Below are positions 19,719 through 29,163 of a DNA stretch of 64,000 nt, piece after piece (positions within the stretch are counted from its first letter, which is position 1; each line of letters begins with the position of its first letter). The translations under genes and the position numbers were made by a program. Source of the stretch: Candidatus Latescibacterota bacterium (GTDB lineage Bacteria; Latescibacterota; UBA2968; UBA8231). The notes under the pieces were generated by a model. The model did no database searches and was not told the DNA's origin. It worked only from the letters and a program-made list of their open reading frames with translations. The DNA is taken from positions 992,001 to 1,056,000 of the forward strand of contig CBDCXV010000010.1 in NCBI GenBank assembly GCA_965223905.1. The letters run 5' to 3'.

Positions 19719-20693
19719 TCACGGCCTGAAGTTCTTGACATACGAGTCCAGTTTGTAGAGCTCGCGGTACCCCAGCGACTCGTAGAGCGATACGGCGGCT
19801 GCATTGCCGCTATCGGTCGACAGAATTGCCGCGTCATTCCCGTGTCGTTTCAGTCGATGCAGTGCCTCGACGATGAGAGCCCTTGCCAGGCCCTTCCGTC
19901 GGTGCTCTTCTCGGGTCCCAATCGGGTCGGTCCACCCTTCCTTGAGACCGTTCCACTTCGGCTCCGTCTTGTCGAAAGCGCACCAACAGTACGCCGCATA
20001 AGATCCATCATCGTGTACGGCGGCAAGGTCGAACTCTCTGACATATTCTGTTGCCAGTGTGCGGCTGCGGTAATTTTCAGCGGTCATGGAGTTGCTTCCC
20101 GAGACGTCGTTCGCCATTCCAGCATACGTCTCTGGATCATGTGGTCCGTGCACGATAAAGTACCCCGGCGGGATTGGTGCAGAGGGAATCGCCTCATCGA
20201 GGGGCCGGATCATGCGGAGAGTGGGCGGATTTGTCCTCTCGAAGCCAGACGTCTCCAGGAGCTTGCCGAGATCCGGGTTATCGCGGCGGATTTTCGTGCA
20301 CGCGAGGGTGACCCGTTCGCCTCTTTCATGAGCGATTTCTGCAGCCCGGGCGCTGGCCCAGGCGATTATGTCGTCATACAGGGGTTTTTCTTCCCGATGG
20401 GGATGGACGTAGAACAACAGGCCCCATTTGGACAGAGCGACAAAGGCCACCGCGGTAGGGCGATCACATGCGTCCAACCAGATGCGGCTGTCGCGCTCTA
20501 TGTCCAGTTCCGCCGGCGCCAGATATGATCCCGGTGTGAGGGCCCGCGACAGATGAAAGGGAAGAAACCTGTCCGCTGTTTCGGCTTTACGGCAGCCGAG
20601 AAGCAAACTGACCGCGACCTGCCGGTCAGATGCGGTAGCGCACGGCCTGAATCTATAGGATGCTCGTGTCAAAGGGTGTGGGGCGAGGACCAT
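19719..20693 (-). CDS. GNAT family acetyltransferase (tandem-GNAT type)
   Basis: GWTDPIGTREEHRRKGLARALI...NAAAVSLYESLGY acetyl-CoA binding motif; start uncertain. Confidence 0.8.
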   Translation of the reverse strand: MVLAPHPLTRASYRFRPCATASDRQVAVSLLLGCRKAETADRFLPFHLSRALTPGSYLAPAELDIERDSRIWLDACDRPTAVAFVALSKWGLLFYVHPHREEKPLYDDIIAWASARAAEIAHERGERVTLACTKIRRDNPDLGKLLETSGFERTNPPTLRMIRPLDEAIPSAPIPPGYFIVHGPHDPETYAGMANDVSGSNSMTAENYRSRTLATEYVREFDLAAVHDDGSYAAYCWCAFDKTEPKWNGLKEGWTDPIGTREEHRRKGLARALIVEALHRLKRHGNDAAILSTDSGNAAAVSLYESLGYRELYKLDSYVKNFRP

Positions 20694-20722
20694 ATCGAGT
20701 TCAGCACTACCGAAATTTGGAT

Positions 20723-20872
20723 GTAACCCTTCAGTTCCTTGGCAGCTTGGGGCCGGGGGCGGAATGGTCCCAGGTTGAATTTAACGAATGGCGGAGTGGG
20801 TTGAAGGCGACAGCGAGGGCGCCGGCTGCTGACACACGGCGGCGTGACAGGCCATCCTGAGATAGGTGAGGA
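20723..20872 (-). mobile_element. IS66 3' end, displaced and inverted relative to its 5' part
   Basis: Continues the IS66 frame from 11901 as ..NFLT|YLRMACHAAVCQQPAPSLSP..*; IR GTAACCCTTCAG at 20723 matches 10975 at 10 of 12; rc target site AGGTGAGGA at 20864-20872. Confidence 0.8.
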
Positions 20873-21064
20873 CAGTAGTGTCCCGTCATAAGTCGAATAA
20901 ATTCAATTGGTTACAAGGATGCTCTGATCGTTTTGGAGATGGGCTTCTGTAAGTACCTGTAAAATATCGACTTTCTCGAAAAGCGAAACGGTGAGAATTT
21001 GCAGGATTTCGGAGAGACTGCGGTCGACTTGCAGCTGCTTCTTCACGATGGCCACGAGCACGTA
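20873..21064 (-). mobile_element. IS4-family right end and C-terminal fragment (inverted)
   Basis: IR CAGTAGTGTCCCGT; YVLVAIVKKQLQVDRSLSEILQILTVSLFEK..QLNLFDL*. Confidence 0.8.
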
Positions 21065-22328
21065 CAGTTTCGCCCACCTTTGGGCACCTCAAGGAGGTGC
21101 CCACATGCCCTGGAACGAAACCTCAGCCATGGACCAACGAATGCATTTCATCGCCGATTACCTCGAGGACTACTTCCCCTTTTCCGAGCTGTGCCGTCGC
21201 TACGGCATCAGCCGTCCCACCGGCTACAAGTGGGTGCAGCGGTATGTCGACACAGGCGCTGCCGGCTTGATGGCGCAGTCGCGTAGACCGGTCCGTTGCC
21301 CGCACGCTACGTCTTCCGACCTCGTAGAGGCGATTCTCGGGCGCGCCGCACACACCCGACGTGGGGGGCCAAGAAGCTGCTGGCTCTCCTCTGGCGATCG
21401 CAGCCGCATCGCCCCTGGCCGGCACGCACACCGTCTGCGACATCCTCAAACGCCATGGCCTGGTGCCGACGCCGCGGACGCGGCGCCGGCCGGGCTCTGC
21501 GGGGCCACCCCAGACCCCCCTGAGCGCGCCCAATCACGTCTGGACCGCCGACTTCAAGGGGCAGTTCAAGACCCTGGATGGCCGCTACTGCTACCCGCTG
21601 ACCGTCGCGACGGCTACAGCCGCTTCCTGCTGGGGTGCCAAGCCCTCGACGCGCCCCAGGGGCAACTGAGCCGGCCGGTCTTCCACCGGCTCTTCCGCAC
21701 CTACGGCCTGCCCCGCATCCTCCGCACCGACAACGGCGCCCCCTTCGCCTCCTCCCAGGCGCTGGGACGGCTCTCCCAACTGTCGGTCTGGTGGATCCGG
21801 CTCGGCATCTTGCCCGAGCGCATCCAGCCCGGCTGCCCGCCGCAGAATGGGCGCCACGAACGCATGCATGGCACGCTCAAGCGGGAGGCGACGATTCCCC
21901 CCGCCGCGTCCCGCTTCGGACAGCAATACCGCTTTACCCGCTTCCGTCACGAATACAACCAGGAACGACCCCACGAGGCCTTGGGACAAAGACCTCCGGT
22001 CGAGTTCTACCAGCCTTCGCCACGTCCTTTTCCCAGAAAGCTGCCGCCCCTACACTACCCTGCGCACTGGGAAGTTCGGCGGGTCAGTACTAACGGAGGC
22101 ATCCGATGGAAGACCCATCGAGTAGCCGTCAGTAACGCCTTGCGTCAACAACCCATCGGCTTGGAACCCATTGACGACGGGGTCTGGGAGGTGTGGTTCG
22201 GTCCCCTCAGACTGGGTCGCATGGACGAACGACAGCTCACCATCACCGACGCTTTGGGTAAAGCCGCTCGCCGGAAACTGTACACCATGTTGCCGGACTA
22301 TTCTGTACAGGATGTACCCGACCGCTCG
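21062..22328 (+). mobile_element. IS481-family element copy B (left end truncated)
   Basis: Near-identical to copy A in inverted orientation; ORF from ATG 21105 with the same three single-base deletions. Confidence 0.9.
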
Positions 22329-22374
22329 CGTTGCCTGCCGCCTTCCATCCTCCAACCGGGTTAAAAGAGAAGGA

Positions 22375-24249
22375 TCAGTCTTTCCTCACGGGAAGCTCGA
22401 CGAAGCTGGCCGCCCCGCGGTCGTGGTGGATGGCGTGGGTCGCCTTGCGGAAGTCCCCCGGCCGTGCCCAGGCGATCTCCTCCACGAAGGTCTGCGGGTT
22501 GCGGTCGTAGACCGGGAACCACGAGCTCTGCACCTGCACGAGGATGCGGTGCCCGGGCAGGAAGGTGTGGTTCACGTGGGGCATGGTTATGCGGTAGGGC
22601 AGCACCTGCCCGGGCGGGATCGGCCCCGCCTTCTCGAAGCTCTCGCGGTAGCGGCCGCGCAGGATGTCGCCGGAGATCATCAGCTGGTAGCCGCCCATTG
22701 CCGGCTCTGCCGGGACCTCGTCGGGGTAGAGGTCGATGAGCTTGACGACCCAGTCGGCGTCGGTGCCGGTGGTCGAGGCGAAGAGCGTCGCCGACGGCTC
22801 GCCGCTCAGGGTGAGGGGCTCCCGCAGGCGCGCGCCGGCGAAGACGAGCACGTCGGTGCGGTCGGAGAAGGGCCGCTGATCGTCGACCAGCCACCGGGAC
22901 CAGGTCGACTCCCCGCCGAAAGCCGTGGGGATCGGGCGCACCCGGTAGGGCACCGGCTTGGCCGGGTCCGAGACGTACTCGGTGCGGCTGTCCCCGGCCC
23001 GGGGGGCCTTGAAGGAGAGGTCCCCCTCAGGCTGCAGGTAGAGCCGGCGGGATTCCGTCTCCTTCACCGGCGGCCAGCTCGAGTACTGCCGCCAGCGGTT
23101 GGCGCCGGTCTCGAAGGCGAGCACCCGCGGCAGCGGCTCGGCCGGCCTCCTTCTCTTGAGGTGGTGGTCCCAGAAGGGCTTGAGCATCTCGCGGCGGAAG
23201 CGCAGGGAGGTGTCCTCCCCCCACTTCAGGCTCCCGAGCTCCGATCCTTCCTTGCTCATCTGTCCGTGGGCCCAGGGCCCGATTGCCAGGTGCGTGCGCG
23301 TGCCCCTGCGGTCGCTGCGGGCCATGGCCTCGTGGCTGAGCACGGGGCCGTAGAGGTCCTCGGCGTCGAACAGGCTGTGCACGGTGAGCACGGGGACCCG
23401 CCGTGGCGCCCGGGCCAGCTGCTCCTGCAGGGCCTGGTCCTTCCAGTAGTCGTCGTAGGCAGGATGCGCCAGGAGGCGCTTCCAGGCCGGCAGCCGGTCG
23501 GCCCCGTAGCGGCGCCCCAGCTCGCCGATGGAACCGGCCTCGAGCACGGCCTGGTAGTTGTCGTAGCAGCCCCATGGGACGGAGCGGCTGGCCTCGCGGG
23601 ACGAGGTCTGCCGGTATACGTACTGCAGCATGACGGTGCGAAAGGCCCCGTGCCGGTAGAAGTCGTCCCCGAGCCAGGAGTCGACCATGGCGTTGACGGG
23701 GACCGCGGCCTTCAGCGCCGGGTGCGGGTCGAGGAGCGCCATCAGGGTGAGCAGGCCGTCGTAGGAAGCGCCGGTGATGCCGACGCGGCCGTTGTTCCCC
23801 TCGACGTTCTCCACCAGCCACTCGACGGTGTCCCAGGCGTCGGTGACCTGGTCGATCCCGCTCTCGTTGAAGGGTCCGCGCACCGGCATGGTCATGGTGT
23901 ATCGGCCCCTGGAGCCGAAGCGGCCGCGCACGTCCTGGTAGACGCGGATGTAACCGTCGCGCACGAGGGCCTCGTCGGCGGCGGGCAGGACCATGGCAAT
24001 GTCGGGGCTGTGGCTGCGCGAGGCGCGGTTCTTGGCGTTGTAGGGGGTCCGCGTCAGCACGACCGGCATCTTCCCCGCCGCGCCCTCCGGAATCAGGATC
24101 AGCGTGAACAGTTTCACGCCGTCGCGCATGGGCACCATCGACTCGAGGCGCTTGTAGTTGAAGGCCCCGGTCCTCGACTCGAAGGTGCGGGGAACGTCTC
24201 CCCCGCGGGTCACGTCACGCGACCCGGACCTGCTCTTGCGTTTGGCCAT
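22375..24249 (-). CDS. CocE/NonD family serine hydrolase (alpha-amino acid ester hydrolase-like)
   Basis: VPMRDGVKL, LTRTPY, QDVRGRFGS, GASYDG nucleophile elbow, GPWAHG, HRILVQVQSSWFP. Confidence 0.92.
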   Translation of the reverse strand: MAKRKSRSGSRDVTRGGDVPRTFESRTGAFNYKRLESMVPMRDGVKLFTLILIPEGAAGKMPVVLTRTPYNAKNRASRSHSPDIAMVLPAADEALVRDGYIRVYQDVRGRFGSRGRYTMTMPVRGPFNESGIDQVTDAWDTVEWLVENVEGNNGRVGITGASYDGLLTLMALLDPHPALKAAVPVNAMVDSWLGDDFYRHGAFRTVMLQYVYRQTSSREASRSVPWGCYDNYQAVLEAGSIGELGRRYGADRLPAWKRLLAHPAYDDYWKDQALQEQLARAPRRVPVLTVHSLFDAEDLYGPVLSHEAMARSDRRGTRTHLAIGPWAHGQMSKEGSELGSLKWGEDTSLRFRREMLKPFWDHHLKRRRPAEPLPRVLAFETGANRWRQYSSWPPVKETESRRLYLQPEGDLSFKAPRAGDSRTEYVSDPAKPVPYRVRPIPTAFGGESTWSRWLVDDQRPFSDRTDVLVFAGARLREPLTLSGEPSATLFASTTGTDADWVVKLIDLYPDEVPAEPAMGGYQLMISGDILRGRYRESFEKAGPIPPGQVLPYRITMPHVNHTFLPGHRILVQVQSSWFPVYDRNPQTFVEEIAWARPGDFRKATHAIHHDRGAASFVELPVRKD

Positions 24250-24571
24250 GGAGTTTCCTGGGCGTTTGCAGCGAAAGGTTCTGGTTATTGGCTGAAAGAC
24301 TGACGCAGCGCTAATCCGGGCTCTGGAACGGAGGGATTCGCAATGCCCCCATCTTTCCACAGTCCATCGCTTCATGCCGACAGTCCGTGCGCTTCCGGTT
24401 GAAAGATACGGGTGCAGGGTCCGGTTTCATCGCGGGGTCCTTATTTTGCAGAGTGATTCCGTTGCACCCGGGCTCTTGCTGGACCGGGGCGACTTCCCCC
24501 AGACCCCAGATGCCAAGGCCTGGTAACGGAGCCGATTCCCTGTTTGGAAAACGGATGGATGGAGGTGCGCT

Positions 24572-25093
24572 ATGCCGATAGATGTCCCCCGCGGACCCGG
24601 GGGTGCGGACCGCGGAAAGACCCCTGTTCCCGGCGACCCCTGCTACCTGTGCCAGGTCATCGAAGGACGCGCGGACAAGGGTGTCGTCGAAGAGACCGAG
24701 CTGACGCTGACCCTGGTGAACTGGGCCCAGTTCGAGCTCGGGCAGGTCTACGTCCTCCCCAGGCGTCACGCTCCCACCCTGTTCGACCTGATGGACGCAG
24801 AGGCCGAGGCGGTTATCCATGCTGTCCGCAGGACCGCCGATGCCCTGGTCCGGGCTTACGAGCCCGACGGACTCAACCTGATCCAGAACAACGGTGTTGT
24901 CGCCGGCCAGAGCGTGCCCCACTTCCATATGCACGTTGTTCCGCGCCGCAGGTCCGGCAGCGACTGGGGAAACGGCCCACCCCATATCGCCGTGCTCGAG
25001 GGAAAGACGCCGACGAGGCCTGGCCGCGACGTCAAATTCAGCCTGGAGCAGGAGCACGAGATCGCCGGCCATATCAGGCAGTTCCTTCAGTGA
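24572..25093 (+). CDS. HIT family hydrolase
   Basis: CYLC, QNNG..AGQSVPHFHMHVVPR histidine triad. Confidence 0.92.
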   Translation: MPIDVPRGPGGADRGKTPVPGDPCYLCQVIEGRADKGVVEETELTLTLVNWAQFELGQVYVLPRRHAPTLFDLMDAEAEAVIHAVRRTADALVRAYEPDGLNLIQNNGVVAGQSVPHFHMHVVPRRRSGSDWGNGPPHIAVLEGKTPTRPGRDVKFSLEQEHEIAGHIRQFLQ

Positions 25094-25224
25094 GACTGAC
25101 GGGCTGCACTCCCGCCGCGTCTTCCTGATCCACGTCACCACCTGTTTCCGACTGCAGCCGGGCCAGAAATCACGACAACAGGTTTGGGCTATCGCTGAAT
25201 CGGTACGGACGCTAACCGAGGGCC

Positions 25225-25998
25225 ATGCAATTGAGCGAATCCGTTAAACAGTTTTACGATGATCTGGCTGCGGAATACCATCACGTGTATGCAGACTGGG
25301 AAGCGGCAATCGAACGGCAGTCGTCCGCGCTGGATCAGTTGATCAGACGCGAGTCTTCAGCGAGCGGACCGGTTGTCCTGGACTGTTCATGCGGAACAGG
25401 AACCCAGGCAATCGGCCTGGCACAGCGAGGGTACGAAGTTTTCGCCTCCGACCTCAGTCCCAAGGCGGTCGCGAGGGCGCAATCGGAAGCAGCCAGGCGG
25501 GACCCGAACATTCGATTCGCCGTTGCGGATGTTCGCGAGTTGGAAAGCGCATTCGGCCAGGGGTTCGATGTTGTGATCAGCTGTGACAATTCCCTGCCGC
25601 ATCTATTGACTGACGAAGACCTGACTCTCGCTCTCCGAAACATCCGGAACCTCCTTACTGACAATGGCCTGTTCATTGCCAGCATTCGCGATTACGACCG
25701 GCTGCTCCTCGAGAGGCCGTCCTCAATGGCTCCGATTCTCAGCGGTGCACCGGGGGAAGAAACCATAACCTTTCAGATCTGGGACTGGTCCGAGGACTCG
25801 GACACCTATCTGTTGCGGCTTTTCATATTGGGTCAGGCCTCGGGTGGATGGCGAGTGAAGGAGATCAGGACTGGTTACAGGGCAGTAAGGCGCCAGGAGC
25901 TTGCTTCGGCCCTGGGGTCGGCCGGATTTACAGGAATCGCTTGGCATGCACCTGAGCAGTCCGGCTATCATCAACCCATTATGACGGCGCGGGCCTGA
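25225..25998 (+). CDS. Class I SAM-dependent methyltransferase (glycine/sarcosine N-methyltransferase-like)
   Basis: VLDCSCGTG motif I; DNSLPHL. Confidence 0.88.
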   Translation: MQLSESVKQFYDDLAAEYHHVYADWEAAIERQSSALDQLIRRESSASGPVVLDCSCGTGTQAIGLAQRGYEVFASDLSPKAVARAQSEAARRDPNIRFAVADVRELESAFGQGFDVVISCDNSLPHLLTDEDLTLALRNIRNLLTDNGLFIASIRDYDRLLLERPSSMAPILSGAPGEETITFQIWDWSEDSDTYLLRLFILGQASGGWRVKEIRTGYRAVRRQELASALGSAGFTGIAWHAPEQSGYHQPIMTARA

Positions 25999-26452
25999 CA
26001 TCGAAATGACCAACGGGCAGGGATTATCCCGCCGACCTCGCTGCCTACCTTCGAAAATTGATTTTTATCAATCGATACATCACCGGCATCCGCCGGTTCG
26101 GCTGGAGATTCGATGCGCGACCTCGACACGAACAGTGACAACCTGCTTCCCGACGGTGCGGAACCCGCCCGAACGTGGGCCGACTATCGCGGCATCCTGA
26201 CTGCAAGCGGGGCGGGGCAGGTAGAGCTGGAGCAGTTCGACCGGGTCACGCGGCGGGGCTTCCTGACCCCCCTCGGCAAGGGCGCCCTCGCCCTGGGCGT
26301 GTTCGGCGCCGGGCCATTGCCAACGGCACCGATTCCCGCAGTGATCATTCCCGATCTCCGGGGCCGCCTCGAGGGAGGCCACGAAAGGCCCTCCCCCCCG
26401 TGACCACCATCGCCGCGGTCATTCTCCCCTGCTCTTCGCGCTCGGATGGCTC

Positions 26453-26680
26453 GTGCTGATTCGCGCCGGGGCCGTGGAGCTGACCATCCCCTCTCCGACC
26501 ATTCTCGACATCGTCTACTTCTCCGGGTCGGTCTTCACCTCCCTCGGCTTCGGCGACGTCGTGCCCCGGCGCGGCGGCCAGCTCCTGGTGGTGCTGGAGG
26601 TCGTGCTGATCGCCTGGACCGCGTCCTTCACGCTCTTCCAGATGCGCGAGCGCTGGGGTGACGGTGACACCGAGATTTGA
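26453..26680 (+). pseudogene. Potassium-channel-family pore fragment
   Basis: VYFSGSVFTSLGFGDVVP pore signature; short, with N-terminal helix apparently missing. Confidence 0.55.
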
Positions 26681-26721
26681 AGGGGAATCCCCTGATTTCC
26701 CGATGGTTTCCCGCTCACCTT

Positions 26722-27507
26722 CTACCCCCGCTGCTTCCGCGCCTCGAACAGGCCGGTCTCCTTGGTGATGGCAAACCGGCCGTTCCTGGCTATCTCATCC
26801 TCCACGAGCTCCGCCAACCTGGATGCCCTGTCTCCCGACAGGTCGCGGTCGGTCGACAGCCCGTAAGCGACCACCGGCCCGGCCTCCGTTACCTCCAGGG
26901 AGTCGTCCCGCGGCGTCATGGCAACCTCGGTGAACCACTCCCCGAGCAGGTCGGCGCCGTTCTGCAGGCTGAACCTTCCCTCGACTGCGACGAGCCTGCT
27001 TTTGGTGCCGGGACTCACCCGGTCCAGCATTTGAAACAGCTCCCGCATGTGGGACAGGCCGTTAGTGGCCGCCATCAACCTGCCTCCCGGTTTCAGCACC
27101 CTCCATATCTCTCCCAGCCCGCGCCGGCGGTCCGCAACGTGGTAGAGCATGTGGTTGGCCACAACCAGGTCGAGGGTCTCTTCCGGGAACGGCAGTGCCT
27201 GCGCGTCGCACACGCAGGTCATGAACCGCGGGTCCGCCGCCAGTCTGTCACGCGCCTCGGTCGCCATGCCGGGGGACAGGTCCGACAGCACGACCTCGCA
27301 TCCCGGCGGCACATCCGGCAGATTGCGCTTCCAGAGCTCCCCGGTCCCGCACCCCAACTCCAGAACACGGCTGTCCGCTTTCAGGCCGAGGCGCTCGAAG
27401 ACCCACCTCGGCCAGTCGAGCTTGTTGGTGCTGAATCGGACGTGGAGGCTGAGGCGCGCCCTCAGGTTCCTGGAATCCTTGTACTGGCGGGACACGTCCG
27501 TGGTCAT
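26722..27507 (-). CDS. Class I SAM-dependent methyltransferase
   Basis: VLELGCGTG, DLSPGM, ANHMLYHV; start MTTDVSRQY at 27507. Confidence 0.88.
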   Translation of the reverse strand: MTTDVSRQYKDSRNLRARLSLHVRFSTNKLDWPRWVFERLGLKADSRVLELGCGTGELWKRNLPDVPPGCEVVLSDLSPGMATEARDRLAADPRFMTCVCDAQALPFPEETLDLVVANHMLYHVADRRRGLGEIWRVLKPGGRLMAATNGLSHMRELFQMLDRVSPGTKSRLVAVEGRFSLQNGADLLGEWFTEVAMTPRDDSLEVTEAGPVVAYGLSTDRDLSGDRASRLAELVEDEIARNGRFAITKETGLFEARKQRG

Positions 27508-27621
27508 TTCCCAACCCGCCGCTCCCGGTGTTCCGGGATTCTTCCGTTTTGGGTGGAGATGGCCCGGGAGCGGCGACCTGCACGGATTGCCCCGGGAAAC
27601 CCGTTCCAATGCAAAACGATG

Positions 27622-29117
27622 CTATTCAATGGGCCAGATTGCCCCCATCTTCCATACGTCCAGGGAACGCACACTCGCCTTTCCCCTCGCGCAAAAAGCT
27701 GTACGCCGAGACTGTCCGGGCGGGCGGGATATATGCGCTTCGCCAGATAATGGCGGTCATCGGCGAAGACCTCCACCACGCTCCGGTCCACGAACACCCG
27801 CAGTTCCATCGGCTTGCCGTAAGGGTGGTCGAATGCGCACCGCTGTGATTCGCGATTGCTCACCTCCGGACTGATGCTGGAGCGGCTTACGTCCAGAATC
27901 AACTCCCTGAGCGGCCTGATCTCTTGCGGCGCACGGTTGGCAGACCATGGATTGAGGTTTAAACGAATCAGGGTTTGCTCTTCGCCGCCGGGAGAACAGC
28001 AGACTTTCAGACCGAATTCCTCGGCGCTCTCCCATTCGAGCAACGCTCGGATTTCCAGCCGGTTTCCACCGATTCCATCAAGCCGGCAATCTTCCTCCGC
28101 GTTCAACTGGATGTCGGAAAAGTGCGTGTGCTCACCGCGCAACGCCTCCAGTTCCGGGACCGGTTCCATGAGCAGATCGCCGTCGTCGGACAACGACAGC
28201 ACCATCGGGAGGGCGAATATCCCCGCCCAGCCGGAGGCGCGTTGGACGTAACTGTAGCGCCCTTCGTGCAGGCGCCCGAACAGAATGCGCCGGCCCTTGT
28301 CGTCCAGCAGCGTCAGACCCTCGTTGTAGACACCGGGGCGGCCTGTCTCGCCGAGGGCCAATCGTTTGTGACGTTCAGGAGTGAACCTGCGGTCGGCGTA
28401 GGTTCCGATGTAGAATTGCGCCCCGCGCGGGTGACTGGTGAAGGACAGCACATGCTTGTCCCCCAGACCGAAGAAGTCGGGACAGCCGCAATCCTCCCCC
28501 CACTCGGTGAAACGGCCTCCCTCGTAGAAGGAATGCAGATACTCCCAGTGAGCGAGGTCCTTCGAGGCAAATAAGTACGCCGCGTCCGGAGGAGCGTCGC
28601 CGCTGTTTCCGGTCAGCGCGTAGCAGGTATCCCCTTCGACCCAGGCGCACGGGGCGCCGCCGATCCGGTATTCATCCCCGGCCTGCGGATTGGGTATGAC
28701 CGGGTTCGCCGGATGCTTCACCCAATGGACAAGCAAATCGTCGTCGCTCGTGGCGAGACAGATGCCGTCCGGCAAGCCGTGATAGATGAACGTGGGCACT
28801 CCCTCCTTGTTGATGAACGCCGCACCGCTGTAGCACTGGTCCCGGTCTGCCCCCTCCGGACCGGGAGGCAGCGCAATCGGGTGGTCGGTCCAGTGAACCA
28901 GATCCTCACTGGAGGCGTGGCCCCAATGTATGGTCCCGTGGAAAGCCCCATTTGGATTGTACTGGTAAAAGATGTGGTACCTGCCTTTCCAGAAGAGGGT
29001 TCCGTTCGGATCGTTCATCCAGTTGACCGGTGCCAGAAAATGGTATGCCGGACGGTACGGGTCGGACGCCATTTTGAGGCGTCGTGGATCAATGGCGCTA
29101 TTCTTGGATTCATTCAT
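27622..29117 (-). CDS. GH32 beta-fructofuranosidase-like glycoside hydrolase; probable 1-bp frameshift near the C-terminus
   Basis: WMNDPNG, WGHASSEDLVHW, VFVDRSVVEVF; one extra G in the GGGG run near 27685 gives ..GKASVRSLDVWKMGAIWPIE*. Confidence 0.85.
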
Positions 29118-29163
29118 CAATTTGTCCCCGCATTGAATTGCTTTGAGAACAGGGAGAACAGTT

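Noticed and set aside
14641-21061. Composite transposon bounded by the two IS481 copies
   Set aside because: No shared outer target duplication; the split IS4/IS66 evidence fits an inversion instead
22171-24303. Long antisense ORFs (this one, and also 31730..34102, 50012..52399, 57383..59530 in alternative frames)
   Set aside because: Shadow ORFs typical of high-GC coding DNA; low-complexity translations without motifs
26113-26403. Short ORF with a TRRGFL twin-arginine-like motif
   Set aside because: The motif is internal with no mature domain after it; probably a gene fragment
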